NCBI GenBank assembly: GCA_963804955.1 | Contig: CAWDSQ010000014.1 | Span: forward strand, 192,001 to 256,000 | Reading direction: 5' to 3' | Length of the DNA stretch: 64,000 nucleotides | From: an uncultured delta proteobacterium | GTDB taxonomy: Bacteria > Desulfobacterota > WTBG01 > CAIYCZ01 > CAIRTM01 | Part shown: positions 11,502 to 20,772 of the stretch, in pieces | Layout: every line of letters begins with the position of its first letter | Position numbering within the stretch: the first letter of the stretch is position 1 | Translations under genes and position numbers: made by a program | Notes under the pieces: model-generated | What the model saw: the letters and a program-made list of their open reading frames with translations, nothing else | The model's database searches: none | What the model was told of the DNA's origin: nothing

Positions 11502-14500
11502 ATGAATGAGTTCAATACGATTAAAGAAACATTTGACAAGATTTACGGCTCATTGCCAATTCCCATCTTTCTGTTTGACGAAAAAGCAAAGCTGGTAAAT
11601 GCAAACCAGGCATTCCTTGCTCTCTCAAAGGCAAGCGCATCTGACCTTTCGAGCCTTTCCGTCTCTTCTTTTTTTGAGGTGCTAAAAACATACCGTTTCC
11701 CGGTTCCAGACCGCTATGTCACGGAGCTTACCAGTTTAAGCGGCGAGGTTATTCCGGTTGAACTCAATTATACAAAATTTATTGGGGCTGACGATTATGC
11801 CAAGGGCTGCATTGTTTTTTTAACTGATTTGCGGGAAAAAAATAAACTGCAGGAACATATACATCAATTATCTATTGAAATGGACGCCCTTAACATTCAA
11901 CTTGCAGGGGAAGAACCGGATCGGGCGCTGCTGGAGAGAAAGAAACTTGAACAGCAGCTAAAAGATGAAAAAGCATTTCTTGAAAATATTCTTGAATCCT
12001 GTGGCGATGGAATAATAATTTTTGATGGCAAGGGAACAATAACTCGCGTAAACGAGGCCTTTACTAAAATTACAGGAAAAGAAAAAAATGAAATAAAAGG
12101 AAATTTTAGTTCTTTGGGTCCTTACGAAGGAACATTTAAATCAACCACCGGTGAAATGATTATCCTGGAGCAGTCTTATCGTGAATATATCTACTCCCAA
12201 GTCGAGACATTCATTAAGCTTAAAGACGGTGAAAAAATTGAGAACTGGGAACTCTATGTTTTTAATAAGAAGGGCGAAGTTGTCCCTTTGGATGCTACAG
12301 CAACTGTGCAACGAAACGCTTCAGGCCTCATGACAGGCTCGGTTTGTGTCTTGCGGGACAGCACTGAAAGGAAAAAAGCGGAGAGAGCCATTAGTGAGGC
12401 GTATCAGTTTCGCAGTCAGTTTTTTACTAATATTACCCATGAATTTCGCACTCCGCTCACACTGGTACTCGGGCCTATCGAGGAAATTCTGCGTGGTGCC
12501 TTAGGGACAATCAATAAATCAATTTCAGGACAGCTCACCGTTGCCATGATGAATGCCAGACGATTGCTGAAATTGATCAACCAGCTGCTTGATTTCAGCA
12601 TGCTGGAGTCAGGAGCTAAAAATATAGTTTTTGAAAAAAAGGATCTGAAAAAATTTACGGCTGCAATACTTGATTCTTTTGCGATTGTTGCAAAAAAGAA
12701 ACATATCAAACTTAATTTTAATGCTGAGCCTGATATTCCTCCTGTCCCTATCGATTCAGGCAAAATGGAGAAAATTCTTTTTAATCTTATCGGAAACGCT
12801 TTCAAGTTTACACCTGCAAGGGGCTCTATCAACGTTACTATTATAAATCAGGTTGGATTCAGGCCTGGGACAGACTGGAATGAAATGGTTGCGAATGACT
12901 CCAATATACGAAGTGCAGTTCCGGAAGGCAATTGTGCAAAAATATCAATTCATGATACCGGCATCGGCATAAAAGAAGAAGATTTGACAAAAATATTTGA
13001 TCGCTTCAATCAGGGCAGTCTCTCTTACAATCATAGACAGGCAGGAGCAGGTATCGGCCTTGCCTATGCTAAGGAGTTGACAGAGTTTATGGGCGGGCAC
13101 ATCACCGTTAAAAGTCGGTATGGGAAAGGGTCTACTTTTTCAATATATCTTCCCATGGATAAACCGTTCATTAATAAAGAAATTGATACGCTGACATCTA
13201 CCGAGGAATTGTCATTGCAGGCTGCTGTAGAGCTTTCTGATATTTATCAGGGAGAAGACAGCATGCCGGATTGTGTCAGCGGTACCAAGCCCCTTATTTT
13301 TATCGTTGATGATAATCCGGATGTTCGCCAGTATATCTCGGGTATTATAATAAAGGACTATGATTTCATAACTGCAAGCAATGGCAAAGAAGCTTTGCAA
13401 AAGCTTGAGACACATCTCCCGGATGTCATTCTGTGCGATATTATGATGCCCGAGCTTGATGGCCATGAGTTATTAAAGCGCGTTAAAGCAACGCCCGGCC
13501 TGCAGGAAATACCCTTTATATTTTTGACTTCCCGGGCAGAAACCACCATGAAGATCGAAGGTCTTGAAAAAGGTGCGGATGATTACATTGTAAAACCCTT
13601 CAACTCTCTTGAGCTCCTTGCGAGGATCAAATCGCTTTTACGAATCAGGGATTTGCTCCGTAATGCTGAGGTACAGGAAAAGCGAATAGATATCCTCACC
13701 CAGAAGCTTCAAAAGAAATATAACTATGGAAACATTATCGGCAGCGCTCCCTCAATGCGAAAGATTTATCAGCTCATCGAGGCAATAAAAGACAGTGATT
13801 CAAATGTGCTCATTACGGGGGAGACCGGCACAGGCAAAGAGCTTGTTGCCAATGCAATCCATTACAACAGTCTGCGGAAAAATGGTCCCCTGGTATCGGT
13901 AAACTGTGGAGCAATTCCGAAAGAATTGATGGAGCGTGAGTTTTTTGGTCATGTAAAAGGGGCCTATACTGGCGCCGCTGATTCTCGCAACGGATATTTT
14001 GCAGAGGCGGACAAGGGAACCCTGTTTCTCGATGAGATTGGAGAATTGGACAAAGACTTGCAAGTGAAATTGCTGCGGGTGTTGGAACGGGGAGAAATGA
14101 TGAGAGTCGGTGATTCCAAGCCAATCAAAATTGATGTTCGTCTCATTGCTGCTACAAACAAAAATTTACTTGCCGAAGGGCAAAAGGGCGCTTTCAGAGA
14201 AGACTTGTATTACCGAATTCATGTAATACCCATACACCTTCCGCCGCTCAGGCATCGTACAGAAGATATACCAATGCTGATCGACCACTTTCTGAATAAT
14301 TTACAGGAAAGATTAAAAAAAGAGATGCCGAAAGTTACAGAAAAAGAATTGACGCTCTTTATGAACTATTCATACCCCGGCAATGTACGTGAACTGGAAA
14401 ACATCATGGAAAGATTTTTTCTGCTGGGCGGTGATGTTTCAAATCTCTTTAATGAGCACTCAGCTGATGCGGATTTGTTCCCTGAAAAGGGGACATATGA

Positions 14501-14693
14501 TGAACTTTTTTCTGCTTCAGACCCCTTGAAAACAGCTGTTCAAAAAGCAAAAGAGCACATTGAAAAAAATATTATTTTTTACACATTAAAAATCTGCAAT
14601 AATAATTATGTACAATCAGCAAAGAAGTTAAAAATAAGCCGTGCGTATCTTTATGAAAAAGTAAAGAAGTATAGAGACGCTAAAGAACAGTAG
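11502..14693 (+). CDS. Cytoplasmic hybrid PAS-PAS-HisKA-HATPase-REC-sigma54 AAA+-HTH regulator
   Basis: THEFRTPL H-box, NLIGNAFKF, DTGIGI, GAGIGL; receiver VDDN...CDIMMP; GETGTGKE, GAYTGA, LFLDEIGEL, YPGNVREL; C-terminal HTH; no TM helix seen. Confidence 0.92.
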   Translation: MNEFNTIKETFDKIYGSLPIPIFLFDEKAKLVNANQAFLALSKASASDLSSLSVSSFFEVLKTYRFPVPDRYVTELTSLSGEVIPVELNYTKFIGADDYAKGCIVFLTDLREKNKLQEHIHQLSIEMDALNIQLAGEEPDRALLERKKLEQQLKDEKAFLENILESCGDGIIIFDGKGTITRVNEAFTKITGKEKNEIKGNFSSLGPYEGTFKSTTGEMIILEQSYREYIYSQVETFIKLKDGEKIENWELYVFNKKGEVVPLDATATVQRNASGLMTGSVCVLRDSTERKKAERAISEAYQFRSQFFTNITHEFRTPLTLVLGPIEEILRGALGTINKSISGQLTVAMMNARRLLKLINQLLDFSMLESGAKNIVFEKKDLKKFTAAILDSFAIVAKKKHIKLNFNAEPDIPPVPIDSGKMEKILFNLIGNAFKFTPARGSINVTIINQVGFRPGTDWNEMVANDSNIRSAVPEGNCAKISIHDTGIGIKEEDLTKIFDRFNQGSLSYNHRQAGAGIGLAYAKELTEFMGGHITVKSRYGKGSTFSIYLPMDKPFINKEIDTLTSTEELSLQAAVELSDIYQGEDSMPDCVSGTKPLIFIVDDNPDVRQYISGIIIKDYDFITASNGKEALQKLETHLPDVILCDIMMPELDGHELLKRVKATPGLQEIPFIFLTSRAETTMKIEGLEKGADDYIVKPFNSLELLARIKSLLRIRDLLRNAEVQEKRIDILTQKLQKKYNYGNIIGSAPSMRKIYQLIEAIKDSDSNVLITGETGTGKELVANAIHYNSLRKNGPLVSVNCGAIPKELMEREFFGHVKGAYTGAADSRNGYFAEADKGTLFLDEIGELDKDLQVKLLRVLERGEMMRVGDSKPIKIDVRLIAATNKNLLAEGQKGAFREDLYYRIHVIPIHLPPLRHRTEDIPMLIDHFLNNLQERLKKEMPKVTEKELTLFMNYSYPGNVRELENIMERFFLLGGDVSNLFNEHSADADLFPEKGTYDELFSASDPLKTAVQKAKEHIEKNIIFYTLKICNNNYVQSAKKLKISRAYLYEKVKKYRDAKEQ

Positions 14694-14695
14694 CC

Positions 14696-14712
14696 GTCCA
14701 TATTTTATGGAC
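14696..14712. promoter_or_regulatory. Putative enhancer (UAS) for a sigma-54 activator
   Basis: Perfect inverted repeat GTCCATA-TTT-TATGGAC, followed by a second TGTCCA half-site, ~180 bp upstream of a -24/-12 element. Confidence 0.6.
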
Positions 14713-14750
14713 AATGTCCAGGTTTTGTTGAATTTTAAAATATATTGTTA

Positions 14751-14763
14751 AATCAATTGGTTA
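14751..14763 (+). promoter_or_regulatory. IHF binding site
   Basis: AATCAATTGGTTA matches WATCAANNNNTTR exactly, with an AT-rich tract upstream, lying between UAS and promoter. Confidence 0.6.
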
Positions 14764-14886
14764 TATGCAGTATCTTTTTTTTCTGTTCCTGCCAATAAGT
14801 ACATCTTTTGACCTGACCCATTAACACTGCCTGTATCATTCAACCTAACTACCTGTAATACAATTCCATTTTAAACAATAAAGCAC

Positions 14887-14904
14887 TCGGCATGTTTTTT
14901 GAAT
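14887..14904 (+). promoter_or_regulatory. Putative sigma-54 (-24/-12) promoter
   Basis: TCGGCATGTTTTTTGAAT: GG-N10-GA, close to TGGCAC-N5-TTGC with a non-canonical -12. Confidence 0.55.
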
Positions 14905-14971
14905 CACGACTACATGACTTTGAAATTTTTTTTGTATTTCTTAAAATATGCAGAAGGGAGCTGTAAAAAAC

Positions 14972-16915
14972 ATGAAGTTGTTAGCCACTGGTCATATTGG
15001 AAACGTTGAGATTAAAAACCGTATCGTTATGGCGGCAATGGGCGCTCATGGGCTGCATGAGCCTGACGGAGACTGGGGTGACCGTTATATTGCCTATTAT
15101 GAGGCAAGGGCCCGTGGCGGAGTTGGCCTTATTACAACCGAGGCAACCTTCGTTTCCCAGGCACTGGAGCCTTTTGCAAAAAATTTGTTTAATGTGGCAT
15201 CTGATAAACATCTGTCTTCAATGCGACGCCTTTCAGAAGCACTGCATACCTACGACTGCAGGCTGAGCATACAGCTGACCGCAGGGTTTGGCCGGGTTGT
15301 TCCGTTTCCTACAGTCCCGGAAGGTGTAAAGCCGGTTTCAGCCTCAGAGAACAAGTATTTTTATTTCCCCGACGACCCTGAATGGACAACCAGAGAGATA
15401 ACGACTGAAGAAGCAGAGGCTCTTGCCAAGGCTTTTGGCTACGCTGCCAGACGCTGCCGGGAAGCAGGAGTTGACTGCGTTGAACTGCACGGGCACGAAG
15501 GGTATCTAATGGATCAGTTCATGACCGGCCTCTGGAACCGGCGCACTGACCGGTATGGCGGATCCCGCGAAAATCGGCTCACCTTTGCACGAGAATCAAT
15601 CGAGGCAATACGGCGCGAAGCAGGTGCTGACTTTCCGATTATCTACCGCTATGGCATTACCCATTATCTTGAGGGCGGTCGGGAAGAAGAGGAAGGGCTC
15701 TGGATTGCCGGAGAGCTTGAAAAAATGGGGGTAGCGGCGCTGCATGTTGATGCCGGCTGCTATGAAACGCACTGGTGGCCGCACCCGCCGCAGTATGCTC
15801 CTCATGGTTGTTTAGTAGACCTGGCAGGAAAAGTTAAAAAGGTCAGTAGCCTGCCGGTTATTACCGTGGGTCGTTTACATTACCCAAATGTGGCTGAAAA
15901 AGCACTTGTTGAAGGAAAAGCCGATTTTGTAGCTATCGGCAGGGGACTTCTTTCTGACCCTGAATGGGTAAATAAGGTTCAGAGCGGCAGGACCAATGAG
16001 ATTATTCCCTGCCTGGGATGTCATGAAGGCTGCAAGTGGCAGATGATTGTCGGAGAACCCACAAGCTGCTCGCTCAATCCAACCACCGGGCATGAATTAG
16101 ATCGGCAACTTATTCCGCTGAAGCAGAAACGTACTCTCCTGGTGGTCGGCGGCGGACCGGGTGGTGTTGAAGCAGCCCGTGTTGGCGCAGCGCGTGGTTT
16201 TGACGTTACTCTTTGGGAGGCCTCGGACCGGATGGGTGGTAATCTCTGGATCGCTTCAAAGCCTGACTTCAAGCATGACCTTGCAGATTATGCAACTTAT
16301 CTCAATGGACTCGTACAACGTTTGCCTATAAGTGTTGTGCTAAATAAAAAGGCCACAGCCGGGGACATCAAAAACTTCGGGGCTGATTATGTCATCATTG
16401 CCACCGGAGCCGCCATGGAACCCCCGCCCTTTGACGGTGAGAACATACTGGCGGCAACTCAGGTCTTGAGCGGCAGGGAGCCGCAAGGAGAAAAAATACT
16501 GGTCATGGGCGGCGGAATCATCGGATGTGAAACTGCGATTTATCTGGTGCAACAGGGCATGCAGGTTACCATCAGTACCAGGGGTGATGCTGACGCACTG
16601 GCTAGCGACCACTTTGACCACAATAATCGCGAAATGCTTTTACTAATGATAAAGGATGCCTCTATCAATGTACTGCCGAGAACGTTTCCCGTAAGACTTG
16701 AAAACGATGGTGTGGTAGCCAGGCAAAACGGTACAGAGAAGAAGATTGCAGTGGACAGTCTTGTTTTTGCAGGTCGTTTCATAGCGGAGAATAGTCTTAG
16801 CACTGCCATAGGTACCAGTCAGAATATTTTCAGCATAGGTGACTGCGTGGAGCCCGGTCGGATTATGGATGCCGTGTGGGGAGCTTTTAAGGTCGTACGG
16901 GAAATTGAACAATAA
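14972..16915 (+). CDS. NADH:flavin oxidoreductase, Old Yellow Enzyme family with 4Fe-4S and FAD domains (enoate reductase/2,4-dienoyl-CoA reductase/BaiCD-like)
   Basis: IKNRIVMAAM, ELHGHEGYLMDQF, NRRTDRYGGS, CLGCHEGC...CSLNP, VVGGGPGG, GGGIIGCETA. Confidence 0.92.
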   Translation: MKLLATGHIGNVEIKNRIVMAAMGAHGLHEPDGDWGDRYIAYYEARARGGVGLITTEATFVSQALEPFAKNLFNVASDKHLSSMRRLSEALHTYDCRLSIQLTAGFGRVVPFPTVPEGVKPVSASENKYFYFPDDPEWTTREITTEEAEALAKAFGYAARRCREAGVDCVELHGHEGYLMDQFMTGLWNRRTDRYGGSRENRLTFARESIEAIRREAGADFPIIYRYGITHYLEGGREEEEGLWIAGELEKMGVAALHVDAGCYETHWWPHPPQYAPHGCLVDLAGKVKKVSSLPVITVGRLHYPNVAEKALVEGKADFVAIGRGLLSDPEWVNKVQSGRTNEIIPCLGCHEGCKWQMIVGEPTSCSLNPTTGHELDRQLIPLKQKRTLLVVGGGPGGVEAARVGAARGFDVTLWEASDRMGGNLWIASKPDFKHDLADYATYLNGLVQRLPISVVLNKKATAGDIKNFGADYVIIATGAAMEPPPFDGENILAATQVLSGREPQGEKILVMGGGIIGCETAIYLVQQGMQVTISTRGDADALASDHFDHNNREMLLLMIKDASINVLPRTFPVRLENDGVVARQNGTEKKIAVDSLVFAGRFIAENSLSTAIGTSQNIFSIGDCVEPGRIMDAVWGAFKVVREIEQ

Positions 16916-17037
16916 TTCATGTTTTCATCTTTTTTTTAATTGCAGATAAACACTCGTGCTGCAGGCACAAAAGAGAATATTTTGCCCCTTTAAATGCGAA
17001 TGCTGTTGAACCAATAAACTAGTTTATAGCTTTAATA

Positions 17038-17430
17038 ATGAAAAAAGATCAATCAATCATCGAACGTCATATGGAGCAACTGCTCTTTGATATCAAGCGT
17101 GGTTTTTTACAGTTTGTTGTGCTTTCGCTAATAGCGCAAGGACCAAAATACGCCTATGAAATAAAGCACCAGGTATATCAGGTCACCGGCGGTGCTTTTG
17201 ATATCGATCTTAATAATTTATATAAAAAATTAAGGTCTCTTGAGAAGGAGAAGATTTTAAAAAGCTCTGAAAAACCTTCGGTCCAGGGGGCAAACAGAAA
17301 GTATTACTCGCTTACTACTTACGGAAATAAATTTTTTAGTGAAGTTTTGACACGGATGAAGCCTGTCATTGGTTTATTTTATGGCAGAATGCAAAACATT
17401 TTATCGGACACAACTGAAGGAACAAAATGA
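17038..17430 (+). CDS. PadR family transcriptional regulator
   Basis: RGFLQFVVLSLIAQGPKYAYEI, LYKKLRSLEKE, RKYYSLT. Confidence 0.9.
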   Translation: MKKDQSIIERHMEQLLFDIKRGFLQFVVLSLIAQGPKYAYEIKHQVYQVTGGAFDIDLNNLYKKLRSLEKEKILKSSEKPSVQGANRKYYSLTTYGNKFFSEVLTRMKPVIGLFYGRMQNILSDTTEGTK

Positions 17431-18131
17431 TTGACAATACCGAGAACACCATCAGAAAACCAGTTGTTGTAGCGGGCGCTACAGGAAGGGCTGGCAGATG
17501 TATTATAAAAGAATTGTTGCACAGAGGGTATCGGGTACGCGCTCTGCTTGTGCCTCCCTTTGATCCGCCAAATCCATCAGGTCTCATCCATCCCGATATA
17601 GAGTTAGTACAGGGAAATCTTGCTTCAACTGCATCTCTTGAAATGCTTATGGAGAATGCCGACTATGTGATAAGTGCGATTGGGTCAAAAAAACCGTTTA
17701 GCAAAAAGGAAAACAACCAAATCGATAACCTGGGTAATCAGAACATTGCAAGAGCTGCACAGTCAAAGGGATTGCAGCATTTGGTGGTTATCTCTTCAAC
17801 GGGCGTTGGCAACAGCAGGGGGGCTGTGCCATGGCTGTACCGCATAGCAATGGGACCTGTACTTAGAATGAAGGAAAAGTCTGAAAATTTCATCAGGACA
17901 TGCGGCATTACCCATACAATTATCCGACCAGGAGGATATACGGAAAAAGAATTACCGGATACTGTTGTTTTCGGGGAGGGCGGTAAAATTTCCGGGCTGG
18001 TAAAAAGAGAGCAAATTGCCCGTGTATGTGTCGATGCATTATGCAACCCGGCAATGAAAAACAGAACTTTTGAAGTTGTCAATGCGGCAAAGCTCAAGGA
18101 GGAACGACGTAAATTTGTCATAACAGTTTGA
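17427..18131 (+). CDS. Atypical SDR / NAD(P)H-binding protein
   Basis: VVAGATGRAG, HLVVISSTG, K..SE, TIIRPGG. Confidence 0.88.
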   Translation: MIDNTENTIRKPVVVAGATGRAGRCIIKELLHRGYRVRALLVPPFDPPNPSGLIHPDIELVQGNLASTASLEMLMENADYVISAIGSKKPFSKKENNQIDNLGNQNIARAAQSKGLQHLVVISSTGVGNSRGAVPWLYRIAMGPVLRMKEKSENFIRTCGITHTIIRPGGYTEKELPDTVVFGEGGKISGLVKREQIARVCVDALCNPAMKNRTFEVVNAAKLKEERRKFVITV

Positions 18132-18311
18132 CGGTAATCTTTTTCATTACAGTCTGATCCAGACTATTAACTAAAAAAGCAGCAAACTCACAGTGTAAAG
18201 GCTGGTTGCTGCCTTATACATAGTTTCCAGGGTATGTGTAAGCCCCTAACAGCAGCAGTACGTAAACTGCTGACATTTTAAGTTAATAATTTCTAAAAAG
18301 GATCAGCGACA

Positions 18312-20699
18312 GTGAAAAAATTTGCTGAATTTATTGTTCGTAAGCGCTTCCTGATTATAGTCATTATCGGTATTGTCACCGGTTTTTTCATGTATGAGCT
18401 TACCAATCTTTCGGTAAAAACAATCTTGTCCGATCTGCTGCCCCAGAACCACACCTACATAAAAGTCCATAATAAAATCAGGAGTATTTTTGGCGGTTCC
18501 AATCAGGTCCTCATTATGGTCCAGGTTCGAACGGGTGATATTTTCAATCAGGATACGCTCTCTAAGATCCAATGGATAACCCGCGAGCTTGAAAAAATAC
18601 CCGGAGCTGATCCCTACAAAATAAGCTCCATTGCCGTATCAAAAATGAAGACCTTTAAATATACCTCGGGAACCATGCAGATTGATCCGCTTATGTACCC
18701 CGACATTCCGGGCAATGAGCGGGAAATGGATACACTGCGCGATAATATATACAGCAATCCACGGTACTACGGGCAATATGTATCCTATGACAGTAAAAAG
18801 AGCCTTATCATGGTGGATTTTCTTGAAGAGGATATCAACTACCGTACGGTGTTCAATGAGCTCAGTCGTATCAGGCAGCATACCGAGGATGGAAATCATC
18901 TCGTCAGCATTGCCGGCGAGCCTATGCATATGGGCTATATTGACCAGCTTATGAGCCAGGTTATGTTTGTGCTCGGCATAACGGTTTTCTGCATCATCAT
19001 AGTGTTATTTATATACTATAGAAACATACGGGCAGCGGTCCTCCCGGTATTGTCTGCTGCAATCAGCGCTGTATGGGGATTGGGCTTTATGGCCCTTGCA
19101 GGATTCAACCTCGATCCCCTTATTCTGGTTTTGCCATTTCTCATTTCACTTATGGCCGCACGCCATTCCATGCAGTGCTTAAGCCGTTATCTGGAAGAGT
19201 ATGCGCACGTTCAAAATACGCAGACTGCGGCAGTAACGACGATTGCAAGCATGTTTTTGCCGGGCCTTACAAGTATTATTACCGATGCCCTGGGCATTGC
19301 CCTGGTTGCTGTTGCGGTCATACCGGTGTATACCAACATTGCCATTGCATGCAGTTTCTGGTTCATTGCAACAGTTATTGTATCCGTGATTTTTACTCCG
19401 CTTACTCTATCATTCATTCCGGAAACAGAACGGCTCAGGAAGTATATGAGGAGAGTGCTGACTCGGGAACGTCAGGACTTTCGTGACAGATTTCTCGGCT
19501 GGCTTGGAGGCTGGCTACCCCGGCGGGGGAAATGGTATGTTGTTGCGGTTACCGTAGCAACGACTATCATAGGACTTTATTACGCTCAGCAGATAACCAT
19601 TGGGGATTTTATGCCCGGGTCTTCCATCTTATGGCCTTTTCATCGATACAACAAAGATGCATTCAGAATTACATTCAGCATGCCTTTGCTCAATCCTCTT
19701 TATATTATTCTGGAGAGCGACGGGGGGGGATTTGATGATGAAAAAGGCGGCGGATTTGTTACACAGGCTTCAACGCTCAGGGAGATGAACAGGTTTACAC
19801 GGTATATGATGCAGCATGACCGCGTGATGTTTGGCATGTCAATAGTCAGTACTGTTCCAAGATATTTAATGTCAACCTATGAGGATGATCCCCAGTGCTT
19901 TCATCTCCCCCGGGAAGATGAAGCCCTTCATTTTATTACCCGCCGTCTTCTGCACTCAGGTGAGCCCGGCACCTGGGATAAGTATGTGGACACGGAAGAA
20001 ACCTATGCAAATATAGTAGTCTATTGCCGCGATAAAATGCCGAAAACCATTGAAAGCGTGTTTCAGCACATACAGGACTATATAGCCAAAAATCCCGGTC
20101 CGCCGGGAGGAAAGTACCGGTTAGCCGGCGGCGCTGTCGGGGTACAGGCTGCAGTTCGCGAAGTCATTGCGGATTCCCAGCTATTGATTCTCATTCTTGC
20201 ATTGACAGGGGTGTGGCTGTTCAGTGCGCTTGAATTCAAGTCAATCACTGCAGGGCTTATACTTACCATACCTCTTGCCATTTCCAATGTCCTTACGTTT
20301 GCCCTCATGGCTGCCTACCAGATAGGTCTCACGGTTAATACCTTTCCGGTTGCTTCCGTAGGCATTGGGCTGGGGGTGGATTATGGCATCTATTTTGTAG
20401 GCCGGCTGATAGAAGAGAAAGAAAAAGGAGGGACACTGACCGAAGCGATATACAGGGCAATAACCACCAACGGCAAATCTATTATTCAGATAGCAACAAC
20501 TCTTACGCTCGGACTTGTTTTGTGGGCATTTTCACCTTTAAAATTCCAGGCAGAGATGGGCATTCTGCTGGCTATTCTTTTATTCCTGAATATGCTCGGG
20601 GCTCTTTTTCTTGTGCCGGCGCTTATCTGCATTCTTAAACCAAAATTTCTAACTACTATTTATCCTCCTCCTCAGACGCAGGAAAAGCAATGTGCATAA
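18312..20699 (+). CDS. MMPL/RND family transporter
   Basis: Duplicated 1+5 TM architecture with large periplasmic loops, FGGSNQV, GLGVDYGIY. Confidence 0.9.
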   Translation: MKKFAEFIVRKRFLIIVIIGIVTGFFMYELTNLSVKTILSDLLPQNHTYIKVHNKIRSIFGGSNQVLIMVQVRTGDIFNQDTLSKIQWITRELEKIPGADPYKISSIAVSKMKTFKYTSGTMQIDPLMYPDIPGNEREMDTLRDNIYSNPRYYGQYVSYDSKKSLIMVDFLEEDINYRTVFNELSRIRQHTEDGNHLVSIAGEPMHMGYIDQLMSQVMFVLGITVFCIIIVLFIYYRNIRAAVLPVLSAAISAVWGLGFMALAGFNLDPLILVLPFLISLMAARHSMQCLSRYLEEYAHVQNTQTAAVTTIASMFLPGLTSIITDALGIALVAVAVIPVYTNIAIACSFWFIATVIVSVIFTPLTLSFIPETERLRKYMRRVLTRERQDFRDRFLGWLGGWLPRRGKWYVVAVTVATTIIGLYYAQQITIGDFMPGSSILWPFHRYNKDAFRITFSMPLLNPLYIILESDGGGFDDEKGGGFVTQASTLREMNRFTRYMMQHDRVMFGMSIVSTVPRYLMSTYEDDPQCFHLPREDEALHFITRRLLHSGEPGTWDKYVDTEETYANIVVYCRDKMPKTIESVFQHIQDYIAKNPGPPGGKYRLAGGAVGVQAAVREVIADSQLLILILALTGVWLFSALEFKSITAGLILTIPLAISNVLTFALMAAYQIGLTVNTFPVASVGIGLGVDYGIYFVGRLIEEKEKGGTLTEAIYRAITTNGKSIIQIATTLTLGLVLWAFSPLKFQAEMGILLAILLFLNMLGALFLVPALICILKPKFLTTIYPPPQTQEKQCA

Positions 20700-20772
20700 C
20701 AGGAGATATCGCTGAGCGACAGTTGATTTACCAGCATATGCAAAACAAACAATAAGGTAAGGGGGACTTCCT

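Noticed and set aside
18171..18285. c-di-GMP riboswitch before the MMPL gene
   Set aside because: Has GCAAAC and short hairpins but lacks the GNRA tetraloop/receptor arrangement
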